From assembly GCA_963790985.1 (NCBI GenBank), contig CAWBQB010000003.1, positions 853,003 to 917,002 of the forward strand: a stretch of 64,000 nucleotides of DNA, written 5' to 3'. Of this stretch, positions 17,033-26,068 are shown piece by piece. The notes under the pieces were generated by a model. It was not told where the DNA came from. It saw only the letters and a list, made by a program, of their open reading frames with translations, and did no database searches. The translations under genes and the position numbers were made by a program. This stretch comes from Vulcanimicrobiota bacterium (GTDB lineage Bacteria; Vulcanimicrobiota; Vulcanimicrobiia; Vulcanimicrobiales; Vulcanimicrobiaceae). The first letter of the stretch is position 1, and each line of letters starts with the position of its first letter.

Positions 17033-17572
17033 CTAGCGCGAGGCGGTCGGCCCCTCCAGCGGCGGCTCGGGCACGAACTCGGCGACGAGGGGCGCCGGCT
17101 GCGCCGGGCGGCGGCGAAAGAGTGCGTCTAGGCCCAGAATCCGGCCGGTGGGAAGCACGAGGCTGGTCGCCGAGAGCAGCATGAGGCACGCCTCGGTCGT
17201 CCCCCACGTGCTGACGCTGCCGAGCCCGCCCCGAGCGGCGAGGTAGTTGAGCGGCAGCAGGATGCCGATGAGGCCGCCGACTCGCGAAAACAACCCCAGC
17301 ACGAGCGAGATGCCGATGCAGACTTCGCCGAGGCGTACGAGTTCGGCGAAGACGGCGGCGTTGGGCGCGACGACGCCGGCGAGAAAGTCGTGATACGGGC
17401 CGCGAACCGTTGCGACGCCTTGCTGCAAGTAGGTCGCGAAGACGCCGTTGGGCGGCATGAACGCATCGCTCCTGATAAACTTTGGAACGCCGTGAATCAG
17501 CCAGATCACACCGGTGAGAACGCGCAGAACGGCGAGCCATCCGCCGTAGAGACGGGAGTAAGGCCGCGTCAT
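17033..17572 (-). CDS. DoxX-family membrane protein
   Basis: Four predicted TM helices. The N-terminal region GGWLAVLRVLTGVIWLIHGVPKF resembles DoxX. It overlaps the upstream gene by 4 nt. Confidence 0.7.
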   Translation of the reverse strand: MTRPYSRLYGGWLAVLRVLTGVIWLIHGVPKFIRSDAFMPPNGVFATYLQQGVATVRGPYHDFLAGVVAPNAAVFAELVRLGEVCIGISLVLGLFSRVGGLIGILLPLNYLAARGGLGSVSTWGTTEACLMLLSATSLVLPTGRILGLDALFRRRPAQPAPLVAEFVPEPPLEGPTASR

Positions 17573-18705
17573 GCCGGTACCTCCTTTGCATGCCGTATGA
17601 GACTCGTAATCGTAGCCGCCGCATCGGCGGAGGCATTCGGGCGCCCCAAACGCCGCGCCGCTGCGGCCATCGCGTCGCGTTCGAGCTCGCCGGTTAGGAG
17701 GCGCTCGACGACGCCCGCCAAGTCTGCCAAGCGGCGCGTCCGCACCGCGGCGCCGCCTTCGACGAGCACGCGCGCGTTGCGCTCCTCCTGCCCCGGAAGC
17801 GGTTTGCTGAGCACCATCGGAATCCGCGCGACGAGGGCTTCCGCCGTGCTCAAGCCTCCCGGCTTGGTGACGAGCACGTCTGCAGCGTGCATGTAATCGT
17901 AGACGTTCTCGACGAAAGGCACCGCGCGGATCGGATAGGCAAGCCGTTCCGCGGTTGCGGCCAGCCGCCGCTCGACTCGAACGTTGCGGCCCGCCAGCAC
18001 CACCGCTGCCAGCGGCAGGCGCACCGCCTTGAGCGCGGCCAGCATCCGTTCGAGCGGCGCGATGCCCAGGCCGCCGCCCATCAGCAGCGCGACGTAACGG
18101 TCGGAGGGGAGATCGAGCCGTTCGCGCAGCGTGGCGCGCGGCTCGCCGGACGGCGCAAACTCAGGGCGCACCGGGATGCCGCTCACGTCGACCTTTTCGG
18201 GACGTATGCCGCGCGCCGACATCGCCGCGCGCATCGCGTCGGTTGCGACGACGTAGCGGTCCACGTTATCGTGCAGCCAAAATCCGTGCACCGCGAAGTC
18301 CGTGACGATCCCGACGACCGGCGGCGAGTCCGCGTACGCGCGTTTGTATTCCGCCATCGCGCCGCACGGGAAGGCGTGCGTGCAGACGACGACGTCGGGC
18401 CGTTCGCGCAGAAGCAGCGGCCGAAGGTTGCCTGCGGTGAACTGGTGTGCCCAGGTGCGAAACGGGCCGACCTCCGTGGCGCGCTCCGCCCGGTCGTAGA
18501 TGTAGCGGTACATCTGCGGAATCGTCTGCACCATCCGCAGGTACCCATCGGAGACGATCCGCGAAACGACGAGTGCGGCATACTCGTACGAATCTACGAC
18601 AAGAATGCGTGCGCTCGGTTCTATGCGCCGCAGCGCGGCGCCGACGGCATTTGCCGCCGAGACGTGCCCGACGCCGACGCTTGCCGAAAGGAAAAGGACG
18701 CGAAT
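17569..18705 (-). CDS. Monogalactosyl/diglucosyl-diacylglycerol synthase-like glycosyltransferase (GT28, UgtP/MGDG-synthase family)
   Basis: The C-terminal motif is ADVLVTKPGGLSTAEAL. The essential N-terminal RVLFLSASVGVGHVSAAN motif lies upstream of the first canonical start (18534). The only start-like codon is ATT 18705, 8 nt after GGAGG (see findings). Confidence 0.75.
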   Translation of the reverse strand: MRVLFLSASVGVGHVSAANAVGAALRRIEPSARILVVDSYEYAALVVSRIVSDGYLRMVQTIPQMYRYIYDRAERATEVGPFRTWAHQFTAGNLRPLLLRERPDVVVCTHAFPCGAMAEYKRAYADSPPVVGIVTDFAVHGFWLHDNVDRYVVATDAMRAAMSARGIRPEKVDVSGIPVRPEFAPSGEPRATLRERLDLPSDRYVALLMGGGLGIAPLERMLAALKAVRLPLAAVVLAGRNVRVERRLAATAERLAYPIRAVPFVENVYDYMHAADVLVTKPGGLSTAEALVARIPMVLSKPLPGQEERNARVLVEGGAAVRTRRLADLAGVVERLLTGELERDAMAAAARRLGRPNASADAAATITSLIRHAKEVPA

Positions 18706-18706
18706 C

Positions 18707-19015
18707 TTACGCGCCTCCGCCTTCGTGCTCGTCGTCGGCCTCTTGCGCGAAGAGCAGAAAATCGTCGAGGATCTCCTGCGCGAGCCGGCCGTCCTCCACG
18801 AGATTTCCGGTCAAATCGGTGACGATGAACTCGCTGTCCTCGGGATCGGACGGCTCGTGCACGAGGACGGCGTAGGAGGCCGCGCCTTCGGAATCCTCGA
18901 GAATGCCTACGACCTCAAAGGGCACCGCCGCGCCGTCTTTGGTTTGGATTTGCAGAATGTCGCGCAGCTCGAGCGGCGCCTGCCCGAGTTCGCTCTCTCC
19001 GTTCGAGGATGACAT
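18707..19015 (-). CDS. DUF1292-like small acidic protein
   Basis: MSSSNGESELGQAPLELRDILQIQTKDGAAVPFEVVGILEDSEGAASYAVLVHEP...FIVTDLTGNLVEDGRLAQEILDDFLLF matches the DUF1292 pattern. The upstream part of the track ORF is an Arg-rich shadow. Confidence 0.7.
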   Translation of the reverse strand: MSSSNGESELGQAPLELRDILQIQTKDGAAVPFEVVGILEDSEGAASYAVLVHEPSDPEDSEFIVTDLTGNLVEDGRLAQEILDDFLLFAQEADDEHEGGGA

Positions 19016-19031
19016 GAGGCTTTCTCGCTTT

Positions 19032-20027
19032 CTATTGCAGGCAGCGGGCGACGTTCGCTTGGTGCTCGGCGAGCGTCTTGGCAAAGACGTGGCGCCCGTT
19101 CCCGCAGTAGACGTAGTAGAGATCGTCGCTCTTCGACGGATGGAGGGCGGCTTCCACCGACGCTCGGCCGGGATTGGCGATCGGCGTCGGCGGCAGGCCC
19201 GCGTGAAGGTACGTGTTGTACGGCGACTCGATCTTGAGGTCGGCGTACGAAAGCTCGCTTTTGTGCTCCGGCAGCGCGTACTCGATCGTGGCGTCCACTT
19301 CAAGCGGCATGTTCGAGCGAAGGCGATTGTAGATAACGCCGGCGATCCTCGGACGGTCCACGTCGCTTTTGGCTTCGCGCTCGACCAGCGACGCGACGGT
19401 CACCGCTTGCGGCACCGTAACGCCAAGCGCGCGGGCGCGCGATGCGGCGTCAGCCGGAAGCTCCCGCAGGAACGTGCCGGTCATCATGCCGGCGACCTGT
19501 TCGGGCGAACTGCCGAACGGCACGAGGTAGGTGCTCGGAAAGAGGAAGCCTTCGAGGCTTTTCGTCTGCGTGCCGTCGACGATCAAGCGCCGGCGCATGA
19601 AGTCGCGCGCGAACCCCGCCGACGGCCCGATGCCGGCGGCCCCCAAGCGCGCCGCGATTTGCGCGGCGGTAAAACCTTCGGGAATCGTTACCCACGCCGC
19701 CACCTGCGCGCCGCCCGTGACGAGCGCGCGCAAGACGTCGTCCTGCGTGACGTGCGCGTCGAAGCCGTACTCTCCGGCCCGCACCGCAACGTCCTGTCCG
19801 CGCAAGCGCGCCAGCAGACGAAACGTCCAGACGTTTCCGATCACGCCTTCTTCGGCGAGCTGCCGCGCGATCTCGCCGAAACTCGCGCCGCGCTGGATCA
19901 CGACCTGATGCGCCGCTGCCGGGTACGCGCGGTCTCGATAGATTGCATACCAGAGCCAACCCGTCGCAAGCGTGCACGACAGCGCGACGAACGCCGCGGT
20001 CCAGAGCGCGTAGCGTACGAACGTCAC
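19032..20027 (-). CDS. mltG: Endolytic murein transglycosylase MltG (YceG-like)
   Basis: N-terminal TM helix, then a YceG domain with TVASLVEREAKSDVDRPRIAGVIYNRL and PYNTYLHAGLPPTPIANPG. Confidence 0.9.
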   Translation of the reverse strand: MTFVRYALWTAAFVALSCTLATGWLWYAIYRDRAYPAAAHQVVIQRGASFGEIARQLAEEGVIGNVWTFRLLARLRGQDVAVRAGEYGFDAHVTQDDVLRALVTGGAQVAAWVTIPEGFTAAQIAARLGAAGIGPSAGFARDFMRRRLIVDGTQTKSLEGFLFPSTYLVPFGSSPEQVAGMMTGTFLRELPADAASRARALGVTVPQAVTVASLVEREAKSDVDRPRIAGVIYNRLRSNMPLEVDATIEYALPEHKSELSYADLKIESPYNTYLHAGLPPTPIANPGRASVEAALHPSKSDDLYYVYCGNGRHVFAKTLAEHQANVARCLQ

Positions 20028-20446
20028 GATTGGGGAGCGTTGCGCCGCCGGGCGAGAAACGAGTCCAAGATCAGTGCGGCCGCGAGGCTGTCCACGACGT
20101 CGCGCCGCTTGCGCCGGCCGACGTCTGCGGCGACGAGGCTCTTCGTCGCCTGCGCGGTCGTCAACCGCTCGTCAACGCGGTGAATCGGCCCGGCGAAGCG
20201 CGCGCGAAGATCCTCTACGAACTCGTCCATCGCTTGCGCGGCGATACCCCGTTCGCCCGCCAGGGTGATCGGGTCGCCGACGACGAGCTCGCTAGCCCCA
20301 TATTCTTCGAGCATCGCCTCAATTCGCGCGAAGTCCTCGCGGCGATTCGTTCGCTGGATCGTCGCGACCGGCAGCGCGAAGCTGATGCTCGGGTCCGCGA
20401 CGGCGACGCCGATGCGCTTGGTGCCGACGTCGAGTGCGACGATCAC
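20024..20446 (-). CDS. ruvX: Holliday-junction resolvase-like nuclease RuvX/YqgF
   Basis: IVALDVGTKRIGVAVAD...ELVVGDP...DERLTT motifs are present. GTG 20446 overlaps the recO stop (GTGA). The track N-terminal extension was rejected. Confidence 0.9.
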   Translation of the reverse strand: MIVALDVGTKRIGVAVADPSISFALPVATIQRTNRREDFARIEAMLEEYGASELVVGDPITLAGERGIAAQAMDEFVEDLRARFAGPIHRVDERLTTAQATKSLVAADVGRRKRRDVVDSLAAALILDSFLARRRNAPQS

Positions 20447-21189
20447 GCGCCGAACGTTCCCAAATGCGCGAGCGATTTCGGACGCCGGCCGAGATGGTGC
20501 GCGACGAGTTCCTGCACGGCACCAGCCGCCGCCGGGGTCGCGTGCAGCGCCGCTGCGGTGGCTTGCGCGCGCGGAAGCGCGAGCGCGCGGAGGCTTTCGA
20601 GGTCGCGTTCCTGCAGTTCGGGCAAATCGCGCCACCGCTCCACGCACGCGTCGTCCACGATGCCCCCCGACTGCGCGTCGAGCCAGAGCCGGCCGGGCCG
20701 CAGCGGTTCGCCGCACCGCACGCATGCAGCAAGCGGTGGGGCCAAGCCGAGCATCTCGAGCAGCCTCAGGCAGAAGCGCGGCAACAGTTCGCGCGGTTCC
20801 CTGACGGCGGCGATCGCCCCGATGGCCCCGGCGAGCAGCGCGTAGACGTCCGGCAACGCGAGGTCGGGCTCGCAGAATGCATCCACGACCTCGACCACGA
20901 GCGAGGCCGCAGCGTACCGTTCGGGTTCGACCAGCTTCGACCAGGGGGCTCGCAAGATGTCGGCGGTCACGATCACGTCGAGCGAGCGGCCCCGGTGCAT
21001 GCCCAACTCGCACTCGTTGCCGAACTCGAGCCGTCCCGCCAGGTGACTGCGCGCCCGTCTGACGCCTTTGGCGACGGCATCGAGCTTGCCGCGCTCGCTC
21101 GTGAAGAGCGTCACGATGCGGTCGGCTTCGCCGAGCGGTCTGCCGCGCAGAACGATGCCGCGCGTCTTATAGGCGCGCGGCTGCGTCAG
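20443..21189 (-). CDS. recO: DNA repair protein RecO (start codon uncertain)
   Basis: The OB-fold N-terminus YKTRGIVLRGRPLGEADRIVTLFTSERGKLDAVAKG and the Cys cluster CVRCGEP are present. No ATG, GTG or TTG lies near the conserved N-terminus, so CTG 21189 is provisionally used. Confidence 0.8.
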   Translation of the reverse strand: MTQPRAYKTRGIVLRGRPLGEADRIVTLFTSERGKLDAVAKGVRRARSHLAGRLEFGNECELGMHRGRSLDVIVTADILRAPWSKLVEPERYAAASLVVEVVDAFCEPDLALPDVYALLAGAIGAIAAVREPRELLPRFCLRLLEMLGLAPPLAACVRCGEPLRPGRLWLDAQSGGIVDDACVERWRDLPELQERDLESLRALALPRAQATAAALHATPAAAGAVQELVAHHLGRRPKSLAHLGTFGA

Positions 21190-22501
21190 AGCTTTCGGAT
21201 TCCGCTGGATGGCCCGGTGCGCCGTTGCTGTAGACGCGGACGGCCAGAATACGGCGGCCGCGCGTGCGGTCGACGCGCAGGCGCGTGTGATCGTCGGCTT
21301 CGATCTCCTCGCCTTCGCTTGGAAGGCGGCCGAAGAGACCGACGGTGTAGCCGCCGATCGTCTCGAAATCTTCCGTCGGCAGGTGCGTGCCCAGCTTCGC
21401 GTTGACGTCCTCGATGTTCGTGCCCGCCTCGACGACGGCTTCGAGATCGGAAACGACGAAGATCGGCTCCTGCTCGTCAACGTCGTGCTCGTCCCGAATC
21501 TCGCCCACGATCTCTTCTAGCAAATCTTCCATCGTCACGAGCCCGGCGGTGCCGCCGTACTCGTCCACCACGATGACCAACGAAAACTTGTCGCGCTGCA
21601 TCTCGCGCAGCAGTTCGGCGATCTTCTTGGTCTCCGGCACGTGCACGGCCGGCCGCATCAGCGAGCGTACGCTCGTGTGGGCGAGCGACCCGCTCGCCAG
21701 AGCGACGAGCAGCTCGCGGTCGTGCACGACGCCGACGATGTCGTCCTTCGACTCCTGGTACACGGGAAGCTTGGAGTAGCCTTCGGCGATGACCACGTCG
21801 AGCACGCGACGCGGCGGATCGTCGATCGAAACGGCGATCATCTCGGGTCGCGGCTTCATGACCTCGCGCACGATCGTGTCGCCGAATTCCATGACCGAAT
21901 GGATGAGCTCGCGCTCCTGCTCCTCGATCACGAGCTGTTCCGCACCGACGTTGACCAGGGCGCGTATGTCCTCTTCGGTCACGTTGACGCGATGCGGGTG
22001 CTTGACGCCGAAGGCCCGGAGAATCAGGTCGGTCGTCATTTGAAACGTTCGCGCGATCGGGCTGAGCACGTAGGTCGCGTAGACCGTCGGCAGCGCGAGG
22101 CGGAGCGCCCAGCGTTCGCTGTCGCCCGTCGCGACCGTCTTGGGAATGATCTCGCCGAAGATGAGGAAGACTGCGGTCATGACCAACGTCGAGATGACCG
22201 CGCCCGACGGTATCCCAAGCGAAATGGACACGTACGTCGCAAGCGAATCGGCGGCAAGCAGCACGATCGTGTTGCCGACGAGCATCGAGGTGAGGAACCG
22301 GTTCTTGTCCTCGACGAGGCGCTCGAGGTTGCGCGCTCCGCGAACGCCGCGTTCGGCGATCGTTCGGGCGCGCACGCGCGAGATCGAGACCAGCGCGGCC
22401 TCGGCTGCTGCGAAGAAGGCTGCCAAGAGGACGAGCGCCACCAGGGCGACGATCTCGTACGGCAGGCCTTCCGGGGTACTTCGAGAGGGGTCCGTGTTCA
22501 A
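21167..22501 (-). CDS. CNNM/DUF21-CBS-CorC_HlyC family membrane protein (hemolysin-like / CorC)
   Basis: The DUF21 TM region includes FLTSMLVGNTIV, followed by a CBS pair and a C-terminal CorC_HlyC domain. Confidence 0.85.
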   Translation of the reverse strand: MNTDPSRSTPEGLPYEIVALVALVLLAAFFAAAEAALVSISRVRARTIAERGVRGARNLERLVEDKNRFLTSMLVGNTIVLLAADSLATYVSISLGIPSGAVISTLVMTAVFLIFGEIIPKTVATGDSERWALRLALPTVYATYVLSPIARTFQMTTDLILRAFGVKHPHRVNVTEEDIRALVNVGAEQLVIEEQERELIHSVMEFGDTIVREVMKPRPEMIAVSIDDPPRRVLDVVIAEGYSKLPVYQESKDDIVGVVHDRELLVALASGSLAHTSVRSLMRPAVHVPETKKIAELLREMQRDKFSLVIVVDEYGGTAGLVTMEDLLEEIVGEIRDEHDVDEQEPIFVVSDLEAVVEAGTNIEDVNAKLGTHLPTEDFETIGGYTVGLFGRLPSEGEEIEADDHTRLRVDRTRGRRILAVRVYSNGAPGHPAESESSDAAARL

Positions 22502-22511
22502 ATCGGCGCCA

Positions 22512-23276
22512 TTATAACATAACGTGAGGCCGTACCAGCACGTAGATCGCTAGAGCGACCAGGGTGCCGAGAACGGCTCCCCACAGGACCTCGAAGGGCC
22601 GGTGTATGCGGGCCTCGACGCGGCTCTGGGCGACGAGCAAGGCAATGAAGTAGGCGAGGAGCGCCGCCAGCGGCTTCTGATAGAAGAACGCGAGCATCGT
22701 CGCGACGGCGAAGGCGAGGGCGGCGTGTCCGGAGACGGCTCCCCCTTGCAGGGGCGATCCGCGTCCCACCGCGGCCTTGGCGAAGATCGTCCCGATGGCC
22801 ACGACCGCGAGCACGATGAGGGCCACGTTGGCCGGGACCGCCTGCACCGCCTGGAACACCCGCGAGCCGCCGCTCATGATCCCTTGGTAGAAGATCAAGT
22901 ACGCCGCGAAAACCGCGCCGACCGCACCGACGAGCACGGCGCCCGCGGCGGCGTCTTTCGCGCTCTTCGCCAGAGGATGGTGCGTGACGGTCAGCAGGTC
23001 CACGATCGATTCAATCGCGGTGTTGAGCAGTTCCAAACTCAATACCAGGGTAACGAGCACTACCGTCGCGATGACGTAGTAACGCTCGAGCCGCAGCACC
23101 AGCGTCGCAAGCAGCACGAGCGCCGCGATGACGAAGTGGATGCGCATGTTCCGCTGCGTGCGCGTCGCGTACACGATGCCTTCGAACGCATGGTGGAACG
23201 AGCGCAGGAACGGGCTGCGGTCGATCGGCAGGTAGTGCGGCTCGCGGCGGCCGCGGTCGTCGGCTGGGTGCTGCAT
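22512..23276 (-). CDS. dgkA: Fusion protein: diacylglycerol/undecaprenol kinase (DgkA) N-terminal half plus PAP2 phosphatase C-terminal half
   Basis: DgkA motifs are FLRSFHHAFEGI, NMRIH and ELLNTAIESIVD. PAP2 motifs are SGHAALAF and SRVEARIHRPFEVLWGAVLG. The start is ATG 23276 (TGATG junction with ybeY) or 23300. Confidence 0.75.
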   Translation of the reverse strand: MQHPADDRGRREPHYLPIDRSPFLRSFHHAFEGIVYATRTQRNMRIHFVIAALVLLATLVLRLERYYVIATVVLVTLVLSLELLNTAIESIVDLLTVTHHPLAKSAKDAAAGAVLVGAVGAVFAAYLIFYQGIMSGGSRVFQAVQAVPANVALIVLAVVAIGTIFAKAAVGRGSPLQGGAVSGHAALAFAVATMLAFFYQKPLAALLAYFIALLVAQSRVEARIHRPFEVLWGAVLGTLVALAIYVLVRPHVML

Positions 23277-23737
23277 CAGCGTATCCCGGCGTACGGCCAC
23301 GGAAGCGCGATTGCGTCGGCCAGCAGCCGTTCCGCGCGGCGCATCGTCCGCCGCTCCTGCGCGGCGTGGTGATCGTGCCCCATCAGGTGCAGCAGGCCGT
23401 GAATGAGCAGCCGGTAGATCTCGCGCTGCAGCGGCGCGTCGTAATCGGCGGCTTGGCGGCGCGCGGTCTCGACCGAGATGACGACGTCGCCGAGCAGGCG
23501 TTCCCGCACCGGCACGGCATCTGCGCCGTCGCCGTCCAGCGGGAAGCTGAGCACGTCGGTCGGCGCATCCTTCCCGCGATACTCGCGGTTGAGCGCGCGT
23601 ATCGCGCCGTCGTTGACGAGCGTCAGCGAGAGCCCGGCACCGCCTTCGCCCGCGGCGTCGAGCAGCCGCCGGGCGGTGGCGACGAGCGCGCGCCCGTCAA
23701 TGCCGCTTCGGCGCACCTCGTTGCGATAGTAAATCAT
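23276..23737 (-). CDS. ybeY: rRNA maturation endoribonuclease YbeY
   Basis: The HGLLHLMGHDH zinc motif is present and the length is 153 aa. Confidence 0.92.
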   Translation of the reverse strand: MIYYRNEVRRSGIDGRALVATARRLLDAAGEGGAGLSLTLVNDGAIRALNREYRGKDAPTDVLSFPLDGDGADAVPVRERLLGDVVISVETARRQAADYDAPLQREIYRLLIHGLLHLMGHDHHAAQERRTMRRAERLLADAIALPWPYAGIR

Positions 23738-24687
23738 CGCCGCCCGTCGCGATCGGATGCGTACGCGCGCACGATCCTGGAGACGAGCGGATGGCGCACG
23801 ACGTCGGTGTGATCGAACTCGACGACCTCGACCCCCTCGACTCCGGCCAGCCGATTCGCCGCGTCGCGCAGGCCGCTGCTCTCCCCCGACGGCAGGTCGA
23901 TCTGCGTGGCGTCGCCGGTCACCACCATCTTCGAACCGCTGCCCAGGCGCGTAAGGAACATCTTGAGCTGCAGCGCGGTGGCGTTCTGCGCTTCGTCGAG
24001 GATGACGAACGCGTCGGAAAGCGTGCGGCCGCGCATGTAGGCAAGCGGAGCAACTTCGAGCGTGCCGCGTTCCATGTACTTGGCCACGAGCGTGTCGTCG
24101 AGCAGCTCGCCGAGCGCGTCGTAGAGCGGGCGCATGTACGGATCTACTTTCTCCCGGAAATCGCCGGGCAGAAAGCCGAGGCGCTCGCCGGCTTCCACGG
24201 CCGGGCGCGAGAGGATGACGCGTGAAACGTCGCGCCGCTTTAGCGCGCGCGCGGCCATCACAACCGCGAGGTAGGTCTTTCCCGTTCCCGCGGGGCCGAT
24301 GCCCAAGGTGAGCGTCGCGTTCTCGACGGCGGTGACGAAGCGCCGCTGTCCCGACGTTCGCGGCCGGATTTCGCGTCCGCGGTGCGTCCGAATGAGGGTG
24401 CTCGGCAACGCGACGCCGCCGGGCTCCAGCCGCGTCTCGGCCAACGCCAGGGCGACGTCCTCAGGCGTGATGTGCGCGCCGCCTACCGCTGCATCGAGCA
24501 CGCGCCGCACGACCTCCTCCGCGCGCCGCACCGCCGCATCCTCGCCCGCAAGCAAGAGACGGTCGCCGTCGGCATGCACGGCGACGTCGAGGGACGACTC
24601 GAGCGCTGAGAGATTGCGGTCGTACTCTCCGAACAAGCGGACACGGTCGGGGAGTTCGCGGAGATCGACGGATCGTTGCGCGGTCAA
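23734..24687 (-). CDS. phoH: PhoH-family ATPase
   Basis: Walker A GPAGTGKTYLAV is present, along with ILSRPAVEAGERLGFLPGD and FVILDEAQN. TTG 24687 overlaps the upstream stop (TTGA). The long Pro/Arg N-terminal extension of the track ORF was rejected. Confidence 0.9.
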   Translation of the reverse strand: MTAQRSVDLRELPDRVRLFGEYDRNLSALESSLDVAVHADGDRLLLAGEDAAVRRAEEVVRRVLDAAVGGAHITPEDVALALAETRLEPGGVALPSTLIRTHRGREIRPRTSGQRRFVTAVENATLTLGIGPAGTGKTYLAVVMAARALKRRDVSRVILSRPAVEAGERLGFLPGDFREKVDPYMRPLYDALGELLDDTLVAKYMERGTLEVAPLAYMRGRTLSDAFVILDEAQNATALQLKMFLTRLGSGSKMVVTGDATQIDLPSGESSGLRDAANRLAGVEGVEVVEFDHTDVVRHPLVSRIVRAYASDRDGRR

Positions 24688-25049
24688 CGAGTAGGGTATT
24701 CGTCGCTGAGCGCTCGGGGCTTTCCAAGCACTTCGGCCGCGATCACGGCGCGGACCACATCGCTGCGCCCGGCGAAAAGCCGGCGGCGAGGCGCGGGGGT
24801 GGACGCCGCGGGGGCCGCGGAGGGCGAGGGCGCCGGGCGGCGCGGCTGCTGGGGCGGCGCCGGGGGGCGCTGCGGCGGCGAGGCCGGTTGCGGGCGATCG
24901 GGACCAGGCGCGGGCCAAGGGAGCGGCGCAACGGGGCGCGGCGGCGCCTCTCGAGCCGCGCGCACCTGACGCCGGGCGCTCTTGGCCATGCTCGAGACGA
25001 CGCCGATGACGAGCAGAACGACCCAAACGATCGTTCCGATCTCACGCAC
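24684..25049 (-). CDS. Small membrane-anchored proline-rich protein
   Basis: MREIGTIVWVVLLVIGVVSSM is a TM anchor, followed by a Pro-rich spacer and a conserved-looking C-terminus. It sits directly downstream of floA, where Bacillus carries the small yqfB gene. Confidence 0.55.
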   Translation of the reverse strand: MREIGTIVWVVLLVIGVVSSMAKSARRQVRAAREAPPRPVAPLPWPAPGPDRPQPASPPQRPPAPPQQPRRPAPSPSAAPAASTPAPRRRLFAGRSDVVRAVIAAEVLGKPRALSDEYPTR

Positions 25050-25058
25050 GGCCCGCTC

Positions 25059-26060
25059 CTACTTGGTCGGCCCGGTCAGGGGCGGCGGAGACTCGCTGGG
25101 GCTCTCGGCCGCACCGATCGAGCCGCGCATCTCCGTATCCGCCTGAATGTTCTTGAGCCGGTAGTAGTCCATCACGCCGAGATGGCCGCTGCGGAACGCC
25201 TCGGCTATCGCCTGCGGTATCGAAGCCTCGGCCTCGACGACCTTTGCGCGCATCGCCTGGGTCTCCGCCTTCTGCTCCTGCTCGGCGGCCTGGGCCGCAT
25301 ACTGGCGTTCGGCGGCCTTCGCCTGCGCGATGCGCCGGTCGGCCTCGGCCTGACTCGTCTGCAGTTCCGCGCCGATGTTCTTGCCGACGTCAACGTCTGC
25401 AATGTCGATCGAGACGATCTCGAAGGCAGTGCCGGCGTCGAGGCCTTTGGCCAGCACGGCTTTGCTGATGCGGTCCGGATATTCGAGCACTTCCTTGTGG
25501 TCCACCGCGGCGCCGACCGCCGAGACCACGCCTTCTCCGACCCGCGCGACGATCGTCGGCTCGCCCGCGCCGCCGACGTACCGGTCGAGGTTGCTGCGAA
25601 CGGTGATCCTCGCCTTGACGTTGAGCTGAATGCCGTTCTGCGCGACGCCTTGGAACGTGGGCGTTTCGATGACCTTCGGCGTAACCGACGTCTGCAGCGC
25701 TTCGAGGACGTTGCGCCCGGCCAGGTCGATCGCCGCGGCGCGCTGCCATTCCAGCGGAATCTGCGCTCGCTGCGCCGCGATCATTGCCAAGGTGACGTTC
25801 TCCACGTTGCCGCCGGCCAAGAAATGCGACTGCATCTGATCCACCGTCAGCATCAAGCCGGCCTTGCGCGCGCGGACGTAGTTGGTGACGATCACGCCGG
25901 GCGGTATGCCGATGAGCCGCATGCGCACGAGCGCGATGATGCCTAGCGGAACGCCGGCGGCGACCGTCCGGATCCACAAGCCGATCGGGAAGTAATACAG
26001 GAATGCGAAAAACGCGATGACGACGATGAGGATGACGATCGCGCCGCTCAGGGCAATCAT
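25059..26060 (-). CDS. floA: Flotillin-like protein FloA (UPF0365/YqfA family)
   Basis: [31 protein letters not shown]...[15 protein letters not shown]...[13 protein letters not shown] matches the FloA pattern. Confidence 0.85.
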   Translation of the reverse strand: MIALSGAIVILIVVIAFFAFLYYFPIGLWIRTVAAGVPLGIIALVRMRLIGIPPGVIVTNYVRARKAGLMLTVDQMQSHFLAGGNVENVTLAMIAAQRAQIPLEWQRAAAIDLAGRNVLEALQTSVTPKVIETPTFQGVAQNGIQLNVKARITVRSNLDRYVGGAGEPTIVARVGEGVVSAVGAAVDHKEVLEYPDRISKAVLAKGLDAGTAFEIVSIDIADVDVGKNIGAELQTSQAEADRRIAQAKAAERQYAAQAAEQEQKAETQAMRAKVVEAEASIPQAIAEAFRSGHLGVMDYYRLKNIQADTEMRGSIGAAESPSESPPPLTGPTK

Positions 26061-26068
26061 GTTGGCTC

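Noticed and set aside
23734-25026. The 430-aa version of phoH with a Pro/Arg/Ala-rich N-terminal extension. Similar N-terminal extensions occur on ruvX (to 21013), recO (to 21480), GT4 (to 31182), GT2 (to 32114), the Cu_amine_oxidN1 protein (to 30250), rplN, rpmC and the 40028 gene.
   Set aside because: The extensions overlap upstream genes in another frame and are Arg-rich. In each case an internal GTG, TTG or ATG forms a 1-4 nt overlap with the upstream stop, giving a protein of normal family length.
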